The notes: generated by a model not told the origin, from the letters alone. A stretch of DNA of 64,000 nt from an uncultured Chloroflexia bacterium (GCA_963700285.1 CAVOXA010000022.1:32001-96000), one strand, 5' to 3'; positions 18,925 to 31,800 are shown, counted from the first letter of the stretch. Numbers and translations are program-made.

Positions 18925-20326
18925 TCAATAAGATGGATTGGAATGCGAAATCTCCAGATCGTTGACCTGCATGAACCTCGGGACAATGACTGCCGTTGGG
19001 TTTCGCGCGTCGTAGCTCTGCGACGTATTGTAGGCGCAGCGAGTCTCTCGACAGCCAGGCCACGTTTTCGCCAAAGATGTCGAGCAAGCTCAGCGTCAGG
19101 CGCACGTTGTATGGGATTTCGACGGAGCCGTCAGGCTTGAGGTACAGGGCCCCAAAGCGTGAGGTGGCCGTGATGATGCCCTGGGAAGGATTGACGATGT
19201 TCATATAGTGCAAGAAGGGAATGTAGAGGGCACTCTTGACCCGGGGCATGGCGGCCAGCTCTGCCAGCGTGCTTGCCGCCTGGTCGCCGCCGTCGAGGAC
19301 CAGGCTCTTGTGTGTGACGGTGTGTCCGGTGGGCTGGGCGCCAAACTCGTCGGCATCGTCTTGATCCCAGACAAAACCCTGGAAGACGCCCGCCTGGAAT
19401 ATGGGGAAGGGCCGGCGCGGGATCCCGGTAAAGTCCTGTTTGAAGGGATAGGTTTCAAGGCGGCCGGGATCGTCCACAAGGGTGAACTTGTCCGAGAGTA
19501 CTCGCTGGCCGGCCTGCTCCCGGCTCAGGAAAGAAAAGCCCCGCTCCATCAGGCCGCCATCAAAACCGATCCAGTTCATAAAGCTGAGCATCTCGGCGGT
19601 TGCCGCGGGCCCAAAGACGATGTCGTACTTGCCCAGGGGAAGCTGCCGCGGTGTATCGTTTTCATAGCGCTCGATCAGAAAGGCCAGGTCCTCACGCAGC
19701 AGGGCCGGGTCCAGATCAGCGCGCGCTTGGGCCGATTGCTCGGCGATCACTTCCCACTTGAGGGTGGTGTGGGCCAGGACCGCTGTGATCTGGGCATCGG
19801 ACGTCCGGAAATACTGGGCGTGTTCCGATTTGGTGTTCATGAGGGCGATGGTGTTGGAGCCAGAGGAAAAGATGCCAGAGAGCTTGAGATCCCCGGTCTC
19901 CAGGCCCTGGACCGCGCTGTTAAAGAAAGCCAGCTTCTTTTCGTTGCCCAGGTTGGCCAGTTCCGCATCATATCCGCTCTCGTCGACAAAGGTCTCCTGG
20001 TACACCGGGACGGTCGGTTGATAGGTGAGCGGTTGTGAGTGCTCGACCATGCCGGCAGCGATGTCGATGCCCTGTTTCATGTCATCGATCTTGGCCAGGT
20101 CGGTGACGAGATCGTAGCTTGCCCGCTTGTGCCCGGAATAGGCCCTGATGCCCAGGCGGATCAGGTGTTCGTTCGTGTTCAGCGAGATGGCCGAGTTGGC
20201 AAAACGCATCAGGTAGCTGTCTTCCTCGTGGTAGAAGATGGCCACGGACGAGCCATTGGCCCCATAGCCTTGGTCCAGTGCGTATGCCCGCAGTTCGCTC
20301 AGGGTCGCCAGTATTTTCTCTCTCAC
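18925..20326 (-). CDS. TldE/PmbA-like protein (frameshift near 19040)
   Basis: MRFANSAI, GKYDIVFGPAA, LVDDP; a family-like C-terminus (AYNTSQSY...VIVPRFMQVNDLEISHSNPSY*) lies in another frame and ends at 18925. Confidence 0.75.
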
Positions 20327-20328
20327 CG

Positions 20329-21791
20329 CTATTCCCCTATCCTGACATCGTCAAAGCGGCAGACGGGGACGCCGTGTCCGAGCTGCATGGCCTGGTTGGG
20401 CTGCCCTTTGCCGCAGTTTTCCACGTAGCTCAGGCGCCAGGTTGTCTCATCGCCAACGGCTGACAGCGAGTTCCAGAACTTGAGCGTATCGTCCTTGTAG
20501 GTGGCGTTTTTGACGACCTGGGTGATTTCTCCGTCCTCCACCAGCCAGCCGATCTCCCCTGCAAAATGGAACTGTTCGCGGTTGGGGCCGATGGACCAGC
20601 TCCGGTCCCCGTCGACGATGATGCCCTTTTCCGTGCTTCCGAACAATGTCCTCCAGCGAGCCGTCATCGCCGGGATCGATGTTGATGTTGGTCATTCTCT
20701 CAATGGGCACCCGGTAGAAGGAGGAGGCGCGGTTGCAGCCGCCGCTCCCGGCGAAAATCTCCTTGCCGGCCCTGGCGTTGGCTTCTTCCACCATCTGGCG
20801 GCCTGTAATGGCGCCGACCAGGATGCCCCTGTCGATGAGGACCGTGTCCTGGCAGGCGACGCCGTCGTCATCGTAGCCAAAGCTGCCGGGGCTGTTGGGT
20901 ACCGTGCCGTCGGCCCGGGCTGTCAGCTTTTCGGAACCGTAGCGCAGCGTGCCGAAATCGCCCAGGGTCACCAGTGAGCCGCCCGCGTAGGACAGTTCAT
21001 AGCCCAGGATGCGGTCCAGTTCCAGGGGGTGGCCAATGGTCTCGTGCGTCTGCAGCCACATGAGGGTGGGCAGCAGGATAACCGAACGGTTCTCTTTGGG
21101 GCACTGCTCGGCGACCAGCAACTGGTTCATTTCCCGGACAATCCTATCGGCGTTTTCCCCAAAGAGGTCTGCCGTCGATGGATTCCCAACCCCGGCTGCT
21201 GCTGTCCTCTCGGCCGAGCCTGAACTTGCGTTCGTGTGTGACGCCCTCTTTGTCTTTGCCCGAGACCTGGATCTGGGCAAAGACGTCGGTGATCTGCTTC
21301 TCAATCTCGCTGCCTTCCGAGTCCAGAAAGAGGATCTGCTTCCGGATGAAGAACAGGTCCCCGATGCGCTGGAGCACGCCGGGCTGATCGAGACGCTCGT
21401 CCATGTCCTTCAGGAAAGCAACCTTGTCGGCCAGCGGGACCTCAAAGGGGTCGATGGCGCAGGGGCTGGTGAATTCTGCCTGGAGCGCCTCCCTTTCAGC
21501 CAGCCGCACGGGAAAAGTCACCCGCCGCGCGGCGATCTGGGCGTTTCCGAGGGCGCGGTCAAAGACCGGCCCCAGATCACTCAGGTCAGACGTGGCCGAG
21601 AATCCCCAGGCACCCTCGTATAGAACACGAACTCCCATGCCGCTCTCGCGGGCAGAGGTCGTTCCTTTTCAGGTTGCCGTTCCACATCAACAGGTTGTTT
21701 CTTTTTTCAGAGGGAACCCAGCGTGCATCCACGTAGGTGGCGCCCGACTTTTGTTACTCGATCGATCTGTTCTTTGATCTGTTGTCAGCAT
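20329..21791 (-). pseudogene. tldD: TldD-family metallopeptidase split by several frameshifts (real or assembly error)
   Basis: Fragments YVDAR, GMGVRVLYEGAWGF, QTHETIGHPLELD, GYDDDG, ERMTN, SWSI...QF, CGKGQP in different frames. Confidence 0.8.
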
Positions 21792-21797
21792 GCTCGA

Positions 21798-22244
21798 CTA
21801 CTCCGCCGGCTGGCTGCCGGGTGTTTGTCCATCCTTTAGCGGATTGGGTCCCAATCTGCGGGCCCGTTCCGTCATCTCTGTCGCAATCTCTGCAAAGCGA
21901 ACGCCTTCCGCCGAGGAGAGAAAATGCATCTCCAAGCGCTCCGGCTCCAGGCCGACTTCGGCCAGCAGCTTTTTGGCATAGGTTACCCTTCGTTCAGCGC
22001 CCAGATTACCTTCCAGGTAATGGCAGGTGCCCTTCAGTCAGCCGGCGACGAAAACGGCGTCGGCTCCCTTCTCAAAGGCCCTGAGCAGGTAGAGAACGTC
22101 TACCTTGCCGGTGCAGGGCAGGTGCAGCACCTTGACGTTGGGCGGATAGCTCAACCGCATGGATCCCGCCAGGTCCGCTGCGGCATAGGCACAGTAGTGG
22201 CAGGCAAAGGCAAGAACTTGAGGTTCAAAGTCAGCCATGTCCAC
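21798..22244 (-). CDS. mvhD: Selenocysteine-containing MvhD/FlpD hydrogenase Fe-S subunit
   Basis: In-frame TGA at 22040-22038 in VFVAG-U-LKGTCHYLEGN; frame stays open and MvhD-like to TAG at 21800-21798; hairpin just after the TGA. Confidence 0.9.
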
Positions 22245-22284
22245 GTCCTTTGTTACGCGACTCGCACGCGAGTGTCGCGCCAGT

Positions 22285-22339
22285 GTTCGCAGTAGGCGCC
22301 TTAGCGCCGTGAGAGCGCGCTGAAGCGCGCACTACGAAC
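22285..22339. repeat. REPIN-like inverted doublet (second REP family)
   Basis: GTTCGCAGTAGGCGCCTTAGCGCC ... GCGCGCTGAAGCGCGCACTACGAAC; related copy at 59071-59135. Confidence 0.7.
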
Positions 22340-22378
22340 GGTGCGTCTCTCAGCAACTGGTCCAAGTGTAAAGGTTCG

Positions 22379-25300
22379 TCAGGCCGCCAGGGCCAGGTCC
22401 ATGGCTTCGAAGAGGGCTTCTTCTTTGGCCAGGACCTGATCGTCGGTAAAGTGCTGCAACTGGATGGCCCTGGCCGGGCATTCCGCGGCGCAGAGCCCGC
22501 AGCCACGACAGGCGGCCGCAGCGACCTCGGCCGCGCCGGCGATATCGCCCACCCCAACTAGTTGCGGGTTGATGCGCACCGCCCCAAAGGGACAGATGCG
22601 CACGCAGGTCAGACAGGCCGTGCATTTGGCCTGGTCTACCTCGGCGACCACGCCGCCCACTTCTAGCTGCTCTTTGGACAGGATGCTGGCCGCGCGGGCG
22701 GCCGCGGCCCCCGCCTGGGCAATGGTCTCGTCCAGCAGCTTGGGATAGTGGGCCGTACCGGCCAAATAGATGCCCTCGGCGGCAAAGTCCACCGGCTGGA
22801 GCTTGACGTGGGCCTCCAGAAAGAATCCCTCCAGGGTGCACGAGAACTTGAAGGTTTCGGCCAGTTCGCGGCTGCCATCGGCCGGTACGAGGGCCTGGGA
22901 TAGGACCAGCAGATCGGGATCGAGGGCCAGCGGCTGGCGCAACAACTCGTCGTGGACCGTGATGCGCAGCCGTCCGTTGCGGCTCACCCGGGGCTGGCTC
23001 CCCTCTTGGTAGCGCACAAAGACGACGCCCGCTTCCCGGGCGCGGGTATAGAGCGACTCCTGGAAGCCATAGGTGCGGATGTCGCGGTTGTAGAGCACAT
23101 AGACCTGGGCGCCGGGGTTCCGTTCCTTGATGCGCAGCGAGTTCTTGGCCGCTGACGAGCAACAGATGCGGCTGCAATAAAAGCCCGTCTCGTCCCCCTC
23201 CTCATCCCAGGGCCCGACACACTGCAGCATCACCACGGACCGGACCTTGGCGATGGGGGCCCGTGGCCCCTCTTCGGCCAGCAACTGCTCCAGGTCGGTC
23301 TGGGTGATGACGCGCCGGTCGCTGTCGAGCCCGTAGGCCGCGCCGCGGTATTCCTGCCCGCCGGTGGCGATCAAGGTCACGCCATGTTCGATGAGACGCT
23401 GCGTCGGATCGCTGTGGCTGGCCACGGTGGTCTCGAAATTGCCCACAAAGCCGCTCGTTTTGACCACCTGGTGGCCGGTCAGGACCTCAATGCGCGGGTG
23501 GCGGGTCACACTGGCAATGAGATCCGCCACAAAGGCCCGCGGGTCGCCGCCGTCGCCGGTGGCGGTGAGTTTGCGCGCCTGGCCGCCCAGTTCCTGTTCC
23601 CGCTCCACCAGCGTCACGTCGTATCCCTGCTGGGCCAGGTTGAGGGCCGCCGTCATGCCGGCCACACCCCCGCCCAGGATCAGCGCCCGGTGGCTCAGGC
23701 TTTGGGCCTGGGTGTACAGCGGCGCCAGTTGCCGGGCACGGGCGACGGCCATCCGCGTCAGGTCTTCCGCCTTTTGCGTCGCCAAGTCGGGCCATTGGGC
23801 GTGCACCCAGGAGTCCTGGTCGCGGATGTTGGCCATCTCGAATAGGTAAGGGTTCAGACCTGCCTCGCGAATCGTATCGCGAAAGATGGGCTCGTGGGTG
23901 CGCGGCGTGCAGGATGAGACGATGACGCGGTTGAGGCGCTTTTCGCGGATCTGTTCCTGGATCTGAGCCAGCGAGTCGGCGGAACAGGTATAGACGGTGT
24001 TCTCGGCGTGGACCACGTTGGGCAGGGTGGCGGCATACTCGGTCACGCCGGCCACATCGACCACGCCCGCGATGTTGCTGCCGCAACTGCAGACAAAGAC
24101 GCCAATGCGCGGCTCGTCGCCGGGTGCTACCTCGATCTCGGGAGGATAGCCGGCCGGTGTGACCAGGCTCCCCCGGGCTTTGCCAATGGTGGCCAGGGCC
24201 GCCGCCGCCGCGCCCCCGGCCTGGATGACACTGTCGGGGATGTCCTTGGGCTCGGAAAAGGCGCCGCAGACAAATACGCCGGGACGCGTCGTTTCAACCG
24301 GATGGAAGGGGTTGGTCTGGCAGAAGCCATACTCATCGAGTTCGATACCGGTCGCCGTGGCCAGTGCCTCAGCGCCAGCCGGCCGCTCCATGCCCACACT
24401 CAACACGACCAGGTCGTACTCGTCCTTGCAGAGCTGGCCTTCGCCGGTCTCGTAGACCAGCCGCAGGTTGTGGGTCGCCGGATTCTCGGTCCAGGGTGGG
24501 CACGCGACAGCGGACATAGTGGATGCCGTACTGGTCCCGGGCCCGCTGATAGTAGGCGTCAAAGCCCTTGCTAAAGGCCCGCATGTCCATCATAAAGACG
24601 GTGCAGTCGAGGTCCTGTACGTGCTCGGTGGCCAGCATGGCCTCCTTGGTGGCGTACATGCAGCATACCGCGCTGCAGTACTCGTGCTCGCGGTCTCGTG
24701 AGCCCACGCACTGGAGAAAAGCGACGCGCTTGGGTTCCTGCCCGTCGGAGGGCCGGAAGATGTGGCCACGGGTTGGCCCTGATGCCGAGAGCAGCCGTTC
24801 GAATTCCATTGAGGTGACCACGTTGGGGTAGCGGCCATAGCCCAACGCTGTGTAGGGTTCCGGGTCAAAGAGCTGGTAGCCCGGAGCCAGGACCACAGCC
24901 CCTACCTCGACCTCTTCCTCGTAGGGCGCTTGCTGGTGGTCAATGGCATGCGCCTTGCAGGCCAGTACGCACTGGTAGCACTCGGAGCAGAGGCCGCAAC
25001 TGAGACAGCGAGCGGCTTCGGCCAGGGCCTGTTCCTCATTCAGGCAGAGCTCCACCTCGCGAAAATCACCCACACGCTGGGAGACGGGAGCCTTGGGCAT
25101 CTCGACCCGGGGGGCCAGGTCCACCTGGCCGCGGGCGATGCTGGCGGCGATCTCGTCCTCCGTCAGTTCTGTGGTGGGCAGCGGCAGCAGCTCGCGGGGA
25201 GTCAGGAGCGGAACGCCCCGCAGGTAGCGATCGATGGAGAGGGCCGCCCGCCGGCCGGCGGCAATGCCCTCGATGAGCGCCCCCGGGCCGGCCGCCGCGT

Positions 25301-26945
25301 CGCCGCCGGCCAGGATGCCGGGCCTGTTGGTCTCCAGCGTCTGGGGGTTCACCCTGAAGGTGCGCCAGCGTGTGATCTCGAGCCCGTGGTCGGGATCCAG
25401 AAAACTGATCTCAGGGGCCTGGGCGATGGCCGCGACCATGGTATCGCAGGGGATCTCGAATTCGCTGCCCTCGATGGGGATGGGGCGCCGCCGGCCGCTG
25501 GCGTCCGGTTCGCCCAGCCGCATCCGGATGCAGCGGATGGCCGAGAGTTGCCCATTCTCGGATAGCACGGCCACCGGCTGGGTCAAAACATCCAGTTTTA
25601 CCCCTTCCTCCAGGGCATCGTCGATTTCCCAATCGTTGGCGGGCATCTCGGAGCGCGTGCGACGGTAAAGCAGGGTCACGTCGCGCGAGCCCAGCCGCAG
25701 GGCCGTGCGCGCCGTGTCGATGGCGGTGTTGCCGCCGCCGACAACCACGACCCGCTGGCCCAGGTGCACCTCCTGGCCCAGGGCCACCTCGCGGAGGAAG
25801 GGCACGCCGTGCAGGACGCCCTCGGCCTCGTCCTCGCCGGGGATGCGCAGTTTCTGGGGCTCGTGGGCGCCAATGGCCAAAAAGACTGCGGAGAAGCCCT
25901 GGTCAAAAAGCTTGTTGATGTCCCGGATGGGGCGGTTGAGCTCCAGCTTGACGCCCAGGCGCAAGATCTCGTCGATCTCGTGGTTCAGGACGTCGTGGGG
26001 CAGGCGGTAGGCGGGGATGCCGACCCGGGCCATGCCGCCCGCCACAGGCAGGGCTTCAAAGACCGTGACCTGGTAGCCCATGCGCGCCAGAAAATGGGCC
26101 GCGGTGAGACCCGTCGGACCGGCCCCGACGATGGCCACGCGCCGCCTGTCCTCAGGCGGCAGCTCGGCGGGGGCTTCGGGGTAGGGGTGCAGCTCCCGAT
26201 CCTCCTCTGGCCTGCCTTCCCGCTCCCATTTGTCATAAACTGTATCGGCCGCGAAGCGTTTGAGCGCGCAGATGGCCACGGGGCTGTCGAGCTTGTTGCG
26301 GTTGCACTCGGTCTCGCAGGGATGGTGGCAGACGCGGCCCACGGTGGCCGGGAAGGGGTTATACTGCTTGATGACCTCCAGCGCCTCCTCGTAGCGCTGC
26401 TGGGCGATGAGGGCGATGTAGCCCTGGGCGCTGGTGCCGGCCGGGCAGGTTGCCTTGCAGGGGCTGGTGCCCTTCTTTGAGATGACATAAGCGCTGGGAA
26501 CGGCCTGCGGATAGGGTTTGTAGACGGCCGCACGCTGGGACAGGGCCTGGTTGAACTCATTGTCCACGGCAACCGGGCAGACGTCGACGCAGTCGTTGCA
26601 GGCGGTGCAATCCTCCAGGCTGACGTAGCGCGGGCGACGCCGGAGCGTGGCCTTGAAATGACCGGGCTCGCCCTCGAGGCTCAGCAGGTCGGTCATGGCC
26701 AGGATCTCGATGTTGCGGTGGCGTCCGGCCTCGACCAGCTTGGGCGACAGAATGCACATGGCGCAGTCATTGGTGGGGAAGGTTTTGTCGAGCTGGGCCA
26801 TCTTGCCGCCGATGGCCGGCTCGCGCTCGGCCAGGTAGACCTTGACACCGGAGCCGGCCAGATCCAGGGCCGCCTGGACACCAGCGATGCCGCCCCCAAC
26901 TACGAGCGCAGCGCCTATCGGTTTGCCGTTCGTAGATTGTGTCAT
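22379..26945 (-). CDS. HdrL-type protein: HdrA with an inserted GltD-like NAD(P)H oxidoreductase module (one-base frameshift near 24491)
   Basis: GGGIAG, LDKTFPTNDC, then SPCKATCPAG/GRVCHHPCE/GAGPTG/GGGNTA/YRR module, then QCVGSR, CSAVCC, CTPRTHE, ANIRDQ; removing one G joins the two ORFs (VPTL-TENPATH). Confidence 0.88.
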
Positions 26946-26973
26946 AGCTCGCTTCCCCGTCAAGCCTTGCCAG

Positions 26974-27858
26974 CTACTTGCCTCTGGCCGCCTGCATGAG
27001 CACCCTGGATTTCACCCTGTTCAACGGCAGCCCGACCTCGTCGGCGGAAAGACCCATGGCCAGGCCCAGGAGCTGTGGGTAGAAAAGAACCGGCAGACGA
27101 TATTGGGTCTCATAGATCTTTTCGATGCGGCGCTGCTGAAACTCGTACATGATGTCGCAGAAAGGACAGACCACGACCAGGGCATCGGCGCCGGCGGCCA
27201 CGGCCCGTTCCAGCTTGAGCCGGGGCATGGCCAAGGCCGTCTGCTCATCCGCGGCCAGGATCCCCCCGCCGCAGCACTGCTCTCGCCCTTCGTAGTTGAT
27301 CGATTCCAGGCCCAGGGCCTGGATCATCTCGTCAAGGCTCCGCGGGTCCTCCGGGTCGTCAAAATCGTCATGGGCCCCGGTTGGCTTGAGGTAGTGGCAG
27401 CCATAGTGGGCGGCAAGCCGCAGGTCCGGGAGATCGGCGGTGACCGCTTCCCGTATGCGCTGCAGTCCAACCTCCTCGTACAGGACCCGGGCATAGTGCC
27501 TGACCCGGATGGTGCCGTTGTAGCGCAGGCCCGTCGCTGTTTCCAGTTTTTCGTTTATGCGCCGGCGCAGTTCCGCGTCTTCTTTCAGCAGGCGGTTGGC
27601 TTCGGCCTGCGTGCCGGTGCAAGAGCTGCACAGCGCGCAGATGTCCAGTCCCTGTTCCTCGGCCAGGGCCAGGTTCCGTGCTGACATCAGCAGCGCGGTA
27701 TCGTGGTCCAGCGCTTTCAGTGGAAAACCGCAGCAGCCAAAGTCATTGATGTCGACGAACTCAATCCCCAGCCTCCGGGCCGTGTTCCGGGCGGACAGTT
27801 CATAGTTCAGGGTACGGACCGGAGCTGTGCATCCCAGATAGAAGGCGTACCTCATCAT
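26974..27858 (-). CDS. hdrB: Heterodisulfide reductase subunit B
   Basis: YLGC, GCCG, LCSSC, HYGCH, QCCGG, VCPFC. Confidence 0.93.
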   Translation of the reverse strand: MMRYAFYLGCTAPVRTLNYELSARNTARRLGIEFVDINDFGCCGFPLKALDHDTALLMSARNLALAEEQGLDICALCSSCTGTQAEANRLLKEDAELRRRINEKLETATGLRYNGTIRVRHYARVLYEEVGLQRIREAVTADLPDLRLAAHYGCHYLKPTGAHDDFDDPEDPRSLDEMIQALGLESINYEGREQCCGGGILAADEQTALAMPRLKLERAVAAGADALVVVCPFCDIMYEFQQRRIEKIYETQYRLPVLFYPQLLGLAMGLSADEVGLPLNRVKSRVLMQAARGK

Positions 27859-28373
27859 GTCGCACTCTCTGCGGCTGGTTCGCCGAGGGCATCCAGGCCG
27901 GTCGCTGCCAGGATCCGCCGGTAGTCCTCCGGCCGTTCGGTGATGGCGGGCAGGCCCAGTTCCGTGCGCCGCTCGTTCTCAAAGGCCGTGATGTCGTACA
28001 GCCGCCCGTGATCCGCGATGAGGTCCACCTGGGTCAGGAACGCGGGCGGGACATGGCCCTCCTGCACGGCGACGTTCTTGATGGCGTGCATCAGGTCGGT
28101 GATGCGCACGTCCTGCGGGCAGCGCTCCTGGCAGGCATAGCAGGTGGAACAGAGCCAGATGAAATCACTGGACAACACCTGTTCCTTGAGTCCCAGCAGG
28201 GACATGTGAATGATGCGGCGCGGATTGTATCGCTCTGTGACCTCGCGGACCGGGCACGACGCGGTGCAGGTGCCGCAGGCAAAACAGCGCGCGATACGCT
28301 CGCCGCCCGGTTGGGCAGCCACCCGTTGGGCGAAGGTCGGGTCTATGACGCTGGCATCAATCACTTGCTGCAT
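27855..28373 (-). CDS. hdrC: Heterodisulfide reductase subunit C
   Basis: CFACGTCTASCP and IWLCSTCYACQERCPQ. Confidence 0.93.
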   Translation of the reverse strand: MQQVIDASVIDPTFAQRVAAQPGGERIARCFACGTCTASCPVREVTERYNPRRIIHMSLLGLKEQVLSSDFIWLCSTCYACQERCPQDVRITDLMHAIKNVAVQEGHVPPAFLTQVDLIADHGRLYDITAFENERRTELGLPAITERPEDYRRILAATGLDALGEPAAESAT

Positions 28374-28383
28374 GCGCGCCTCC

Positions 28384-28821
28384 CTACGTCTGGGCCGGCC
28401 TCCTCAGGGGGCTGGGCCCCAGTGCCTGTATGCGGTCGGTCATCTGCTGGGCGGCGGCGGCAAAGGCATGCGCCTGGCTGCCCGACATATAAAAGATGCC
28501 CAGCCGCTCGCCCTCAATGCCGACATCCTCCAGCAGCTTGCGGGCATAAGTCAGGCGGCGCGTGGCCCGCACGTTGCCGTGAACGTGATGGCAGTTGCCG
28601 ATGGGACAAGCGACGATATAGACACCATCGGCCCCTTCCTCGAAGGCCTTCAAGATGTATTCCACGTCGACTTTGCCCGTGCAGGGAAAGCGAAACAGTT
28701 TTACGGTGGCCGGGTAGGTCAGTCTCATGGCGCCGGCCGTGTCGGCCGCCATGCTGCCACAGTAGATGCAGGTAAAAGCCGTCAGCTCGGGTACAAATCC
28801 GTTGTTCGATGGTTCACTCAT
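28384..28821 (-). CDS. mvhD: MvhD/FlpD hydrogenase Fe-S subunit (Cys form)
   Basis: FTCIYC, FPCTGKV, GADGVYIVACPIGNCHHVHGN. Confidence 0.92.
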   Translation of the reverse strand: MSEPSNNGFVPELTAFTCIYCGSMAADTAGAMRLTYPATVKLFRFPCTGKVDVEYILKAFEEGADGVYIVACPIGNCHHVHGNVRATRRLTYARKLLEDVGIEGERLGIFYMSGSQAHAFAAAAQQMTDRIQALGPSPLRRPAQT

Positions 28822-28837
28822 GTCGTGTCTCCTGGAC

Positions 28838-31800
28838 TCACGCGTAGGCCCACTGGCCGAGGATCGGCGCCTCAGCCAGTACCAGTTGGTCATCGCGGTA
28901 ATGGCGCAGTTGTATGGCATCGGCCGGGCACTCGCTGGTGCAGATCCCGCACCCGGTGCAGAGCGACGGCTCGATAAAGGCCGCGCCGATGATGTCTCCC
29001 ACACCAACCGCCTGGGCATCGATGGCCGGGACCTGGAAGGGACAGACCCGCACGCAAGTCAGGCAGCCAACGCATTTCGACTGTTCCACGATGGCGATGG
29101 TGCCGCCTACTTCGAGACGGTCCTTGCTCAGATAGGTCATGGCTCGCGCAGAAGTTGCCAGGGCTTGGGCGATGGTTTCCTCGATGAACTTGGGATAGTG
29201 GGCCAGCCCCGCGAGAAAGATGCCCTCGCGGGTAAAGTCCATGGGCCGCAGCTTGAGGTTGTCCTCCATGAAAAAGCCTTCGCTGGACAGCGGTACCCCC
29301 AGGATGCGTGCCAGTTCGGGATTTGTCTCCGCGGGCATGATGGCCATGGAGAGGGCCAGCAGGTCCGGGTTGAAGATGAGTTCCTGTTCCAGGGTGAGGT
29401 CGGTGATGTGCACCTGGACCCGTCCATTGTCGACCTGCACCTGTGGCGGGGAGCCCTCCTGGTAGCGCAAAAAGATGACGCCGCGCTCGCGCGCATCGGT
29501 ATAGTACTCTTCCCGGAAGCCGTAGGTGATCAGATCCTTGTAGAGGACATAGACCTCGCAATCGGGGTTGATCTGCTTGATGAGCGAGGCGTTCTTCATG
29601 GTGTTGGTGCAGCAGGTCCGGCTGCAGTAGTGGACGGCCGTACCGTCCGGGTTGACGCACTGGATCATCACCACTTGCTTCAGCCTGCGCGCGCTGTCCA
29701 CGTCCTGGGCGAGCTGCTTCTCCAGCTCCAGTTGGGTGATCACCCGGGGATGCTCCCCATAGAGGAAGGTGTTGCCCTTGTATTCATAGCCACCCGTGGC
29801 CACGACGGTCACGCCGTGTTCGATCTCCCAGCACTGGGGTGGTTCTCCGTCACCGGCATAGTCCAGACGGGTACGAAAGTTGCCCACGTGGCCTTCGTAG
29901 CCGATAACCTCGGTGTTGTAGTGCAGCGCGATGCGCTCGTGGCTGTGGACGCGCTTGACGAGGGAGTGGAGCAAACGCTGGGGGCTCGGTCCTTCGGCGG
30001 TCCTGTAGAGGTACTTCAAGTTGCCGCCCAGCTCCCCTGATTTCTCGACGAGAAAGACATCATAGCCCTCGTCGGCGATGGACAGGGCCGAGGTCATGCC
30101 CGCCAATCCTCCGCCAATGACCAGGGCCGAGCGTATGTGGGGCCGGCTCTCCTTCTGATAGGGCTCGAAACGGCCTACCCGGGCCACGCCGATGCGCATC
30201 TCTTCCTTGGCCTTGCGCGTCGCGCCGGCGGGATCGTCGGCGTGCACCCAGGCGCAGTTGTCCCGCAGGCTCACGAATTCCAGCAATTGCGGGTTCAGGC
30301 CTTCCTGCTGGATGACATGGTGGAACAGGGCCAGGTGGGTGCGCGGCGTGCAGGCGCCGATGACGACGCGGTTCAGATTGTGCTCGCGGATCGCGTCCTG
30401 GATGGCCTCGGGTCCGCCCGGCAGGCAGCCATAGTCCAATGCCTGGGTGTGCACCACGCCGGGCATGGCGCCGGTATGGGCCAGCACGCCGTCCACGTCG
30501 ACGACCTCGTCGATGGTTGGATGGCAGTAGCAGGCAAAGACGCCGATGCGCGGCTCCTGGCCGCTCACGTCCCGCTCGGGTGGATAGTCGGGCTTGGTGA
30601 TCTCGGTGCCGCTTTTTCCAGAAAGGAGGGCCATGCACCGCGCCGCGGCGCCGCTGGCGTCCATAACCGTTTCGGCGATCTCTTTGGGCGTAGCAAAGGC
30701 GCCGGCCACAAAGACACCGGGACGGCTGGTATCCACCGGCTCGAACTTGTCTGTTTTGGCAAAGCCGTACTCGTTCAGCTCGATCTGCATGTCGCCGGCC
30801 AGGGCCACGGCCTTGGGCGGCGGTACGCTGCCCACCGATAGCACCACCATGTCAAAGGTCTTGCGCCGGAGCTGGCCCTTTTCATCCTGGTAGTGCAGGA
30901 TCAAGTCGTTGTTGGTGGGGTCCTGTTTGATCTCGGAGATGCGGCAGCGCGTGTATTCCACCCCCCAAAGGTCCTTGGACTGCTCAAAATAGGCGGTATA
31001 CTCTTTGCTGAAGGCGCGCTCGTCCATGATAAAGACTTCGCACTCGACGCCGGGCAGCCGCTCCTTGGCCAGAACGGCCTCCTTGGTGGCGTACATGCAG
31101 CAGATGGAGGAGCAGTAGGGGTGCTCCTGATCGCGGGAACCGATGCACTGCAGCCAGGCGATGCGCTCCGGGATCTTGCCGTCAGAGGGGCGCTCGACGA
31201 TGCCCTCCGTGGGGCCCGAGCGGCTCGATAGTCGCTCGTACTGGATGCCGGTGACCACGTTGGGATAGCGACCGTAGCCCAACTCTTCCATGGGCGTGGG
31301 GTCGTAGAGCTGGTAGCCCACGGCCAGGATGATGGCGCCGACGTTGATCTCCTCGTACCAATCTTCCTGGTCCAGGTTGATGGCCTTGGTGGGGCAGATC
31401 TCCTCGCACTTGCGGCAGGGCTCGCAGTAGGGGCCCTTTTCGATGACGTAGGCGTTGGGCGCGGCCCGGATCGAGGGCTTGTAAGCGGCCTTGCGCGTCA
31501 CCAGGCCGGCCTGGTACTCGCTGGTGAGGTCCACCGGGCAGATCTTGGTGCATTCGTCGCAGTTGATGCAGAGACTGATGTCCACGTAGCGGGGCTGATG
31601 GTGTACCTTGACCGTAAAGTCGCCGGGCAAGCCCTTGGCGCCCACGACGGTGCTGTTGGTCATGATCTCGATGTTGGAGTGCTGGCTGTGGTCCAGCAGG
31701 AAGGGCGAGATCGAGGGCCGTGAGCAGCCGTAGCCGTGGTCAGAAGTGCCCCGGCAGAGCACACAATCGTGGGTCGGGAACATGAAGCCCAATTGGGCCA

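Noticed and set aside
24369-24562. Programmed frameshift or Sec recoding in hdrL
   Set aside because: The break is one extra base with no slippery run or in-frame TGA, and similar indels occur throughout the window
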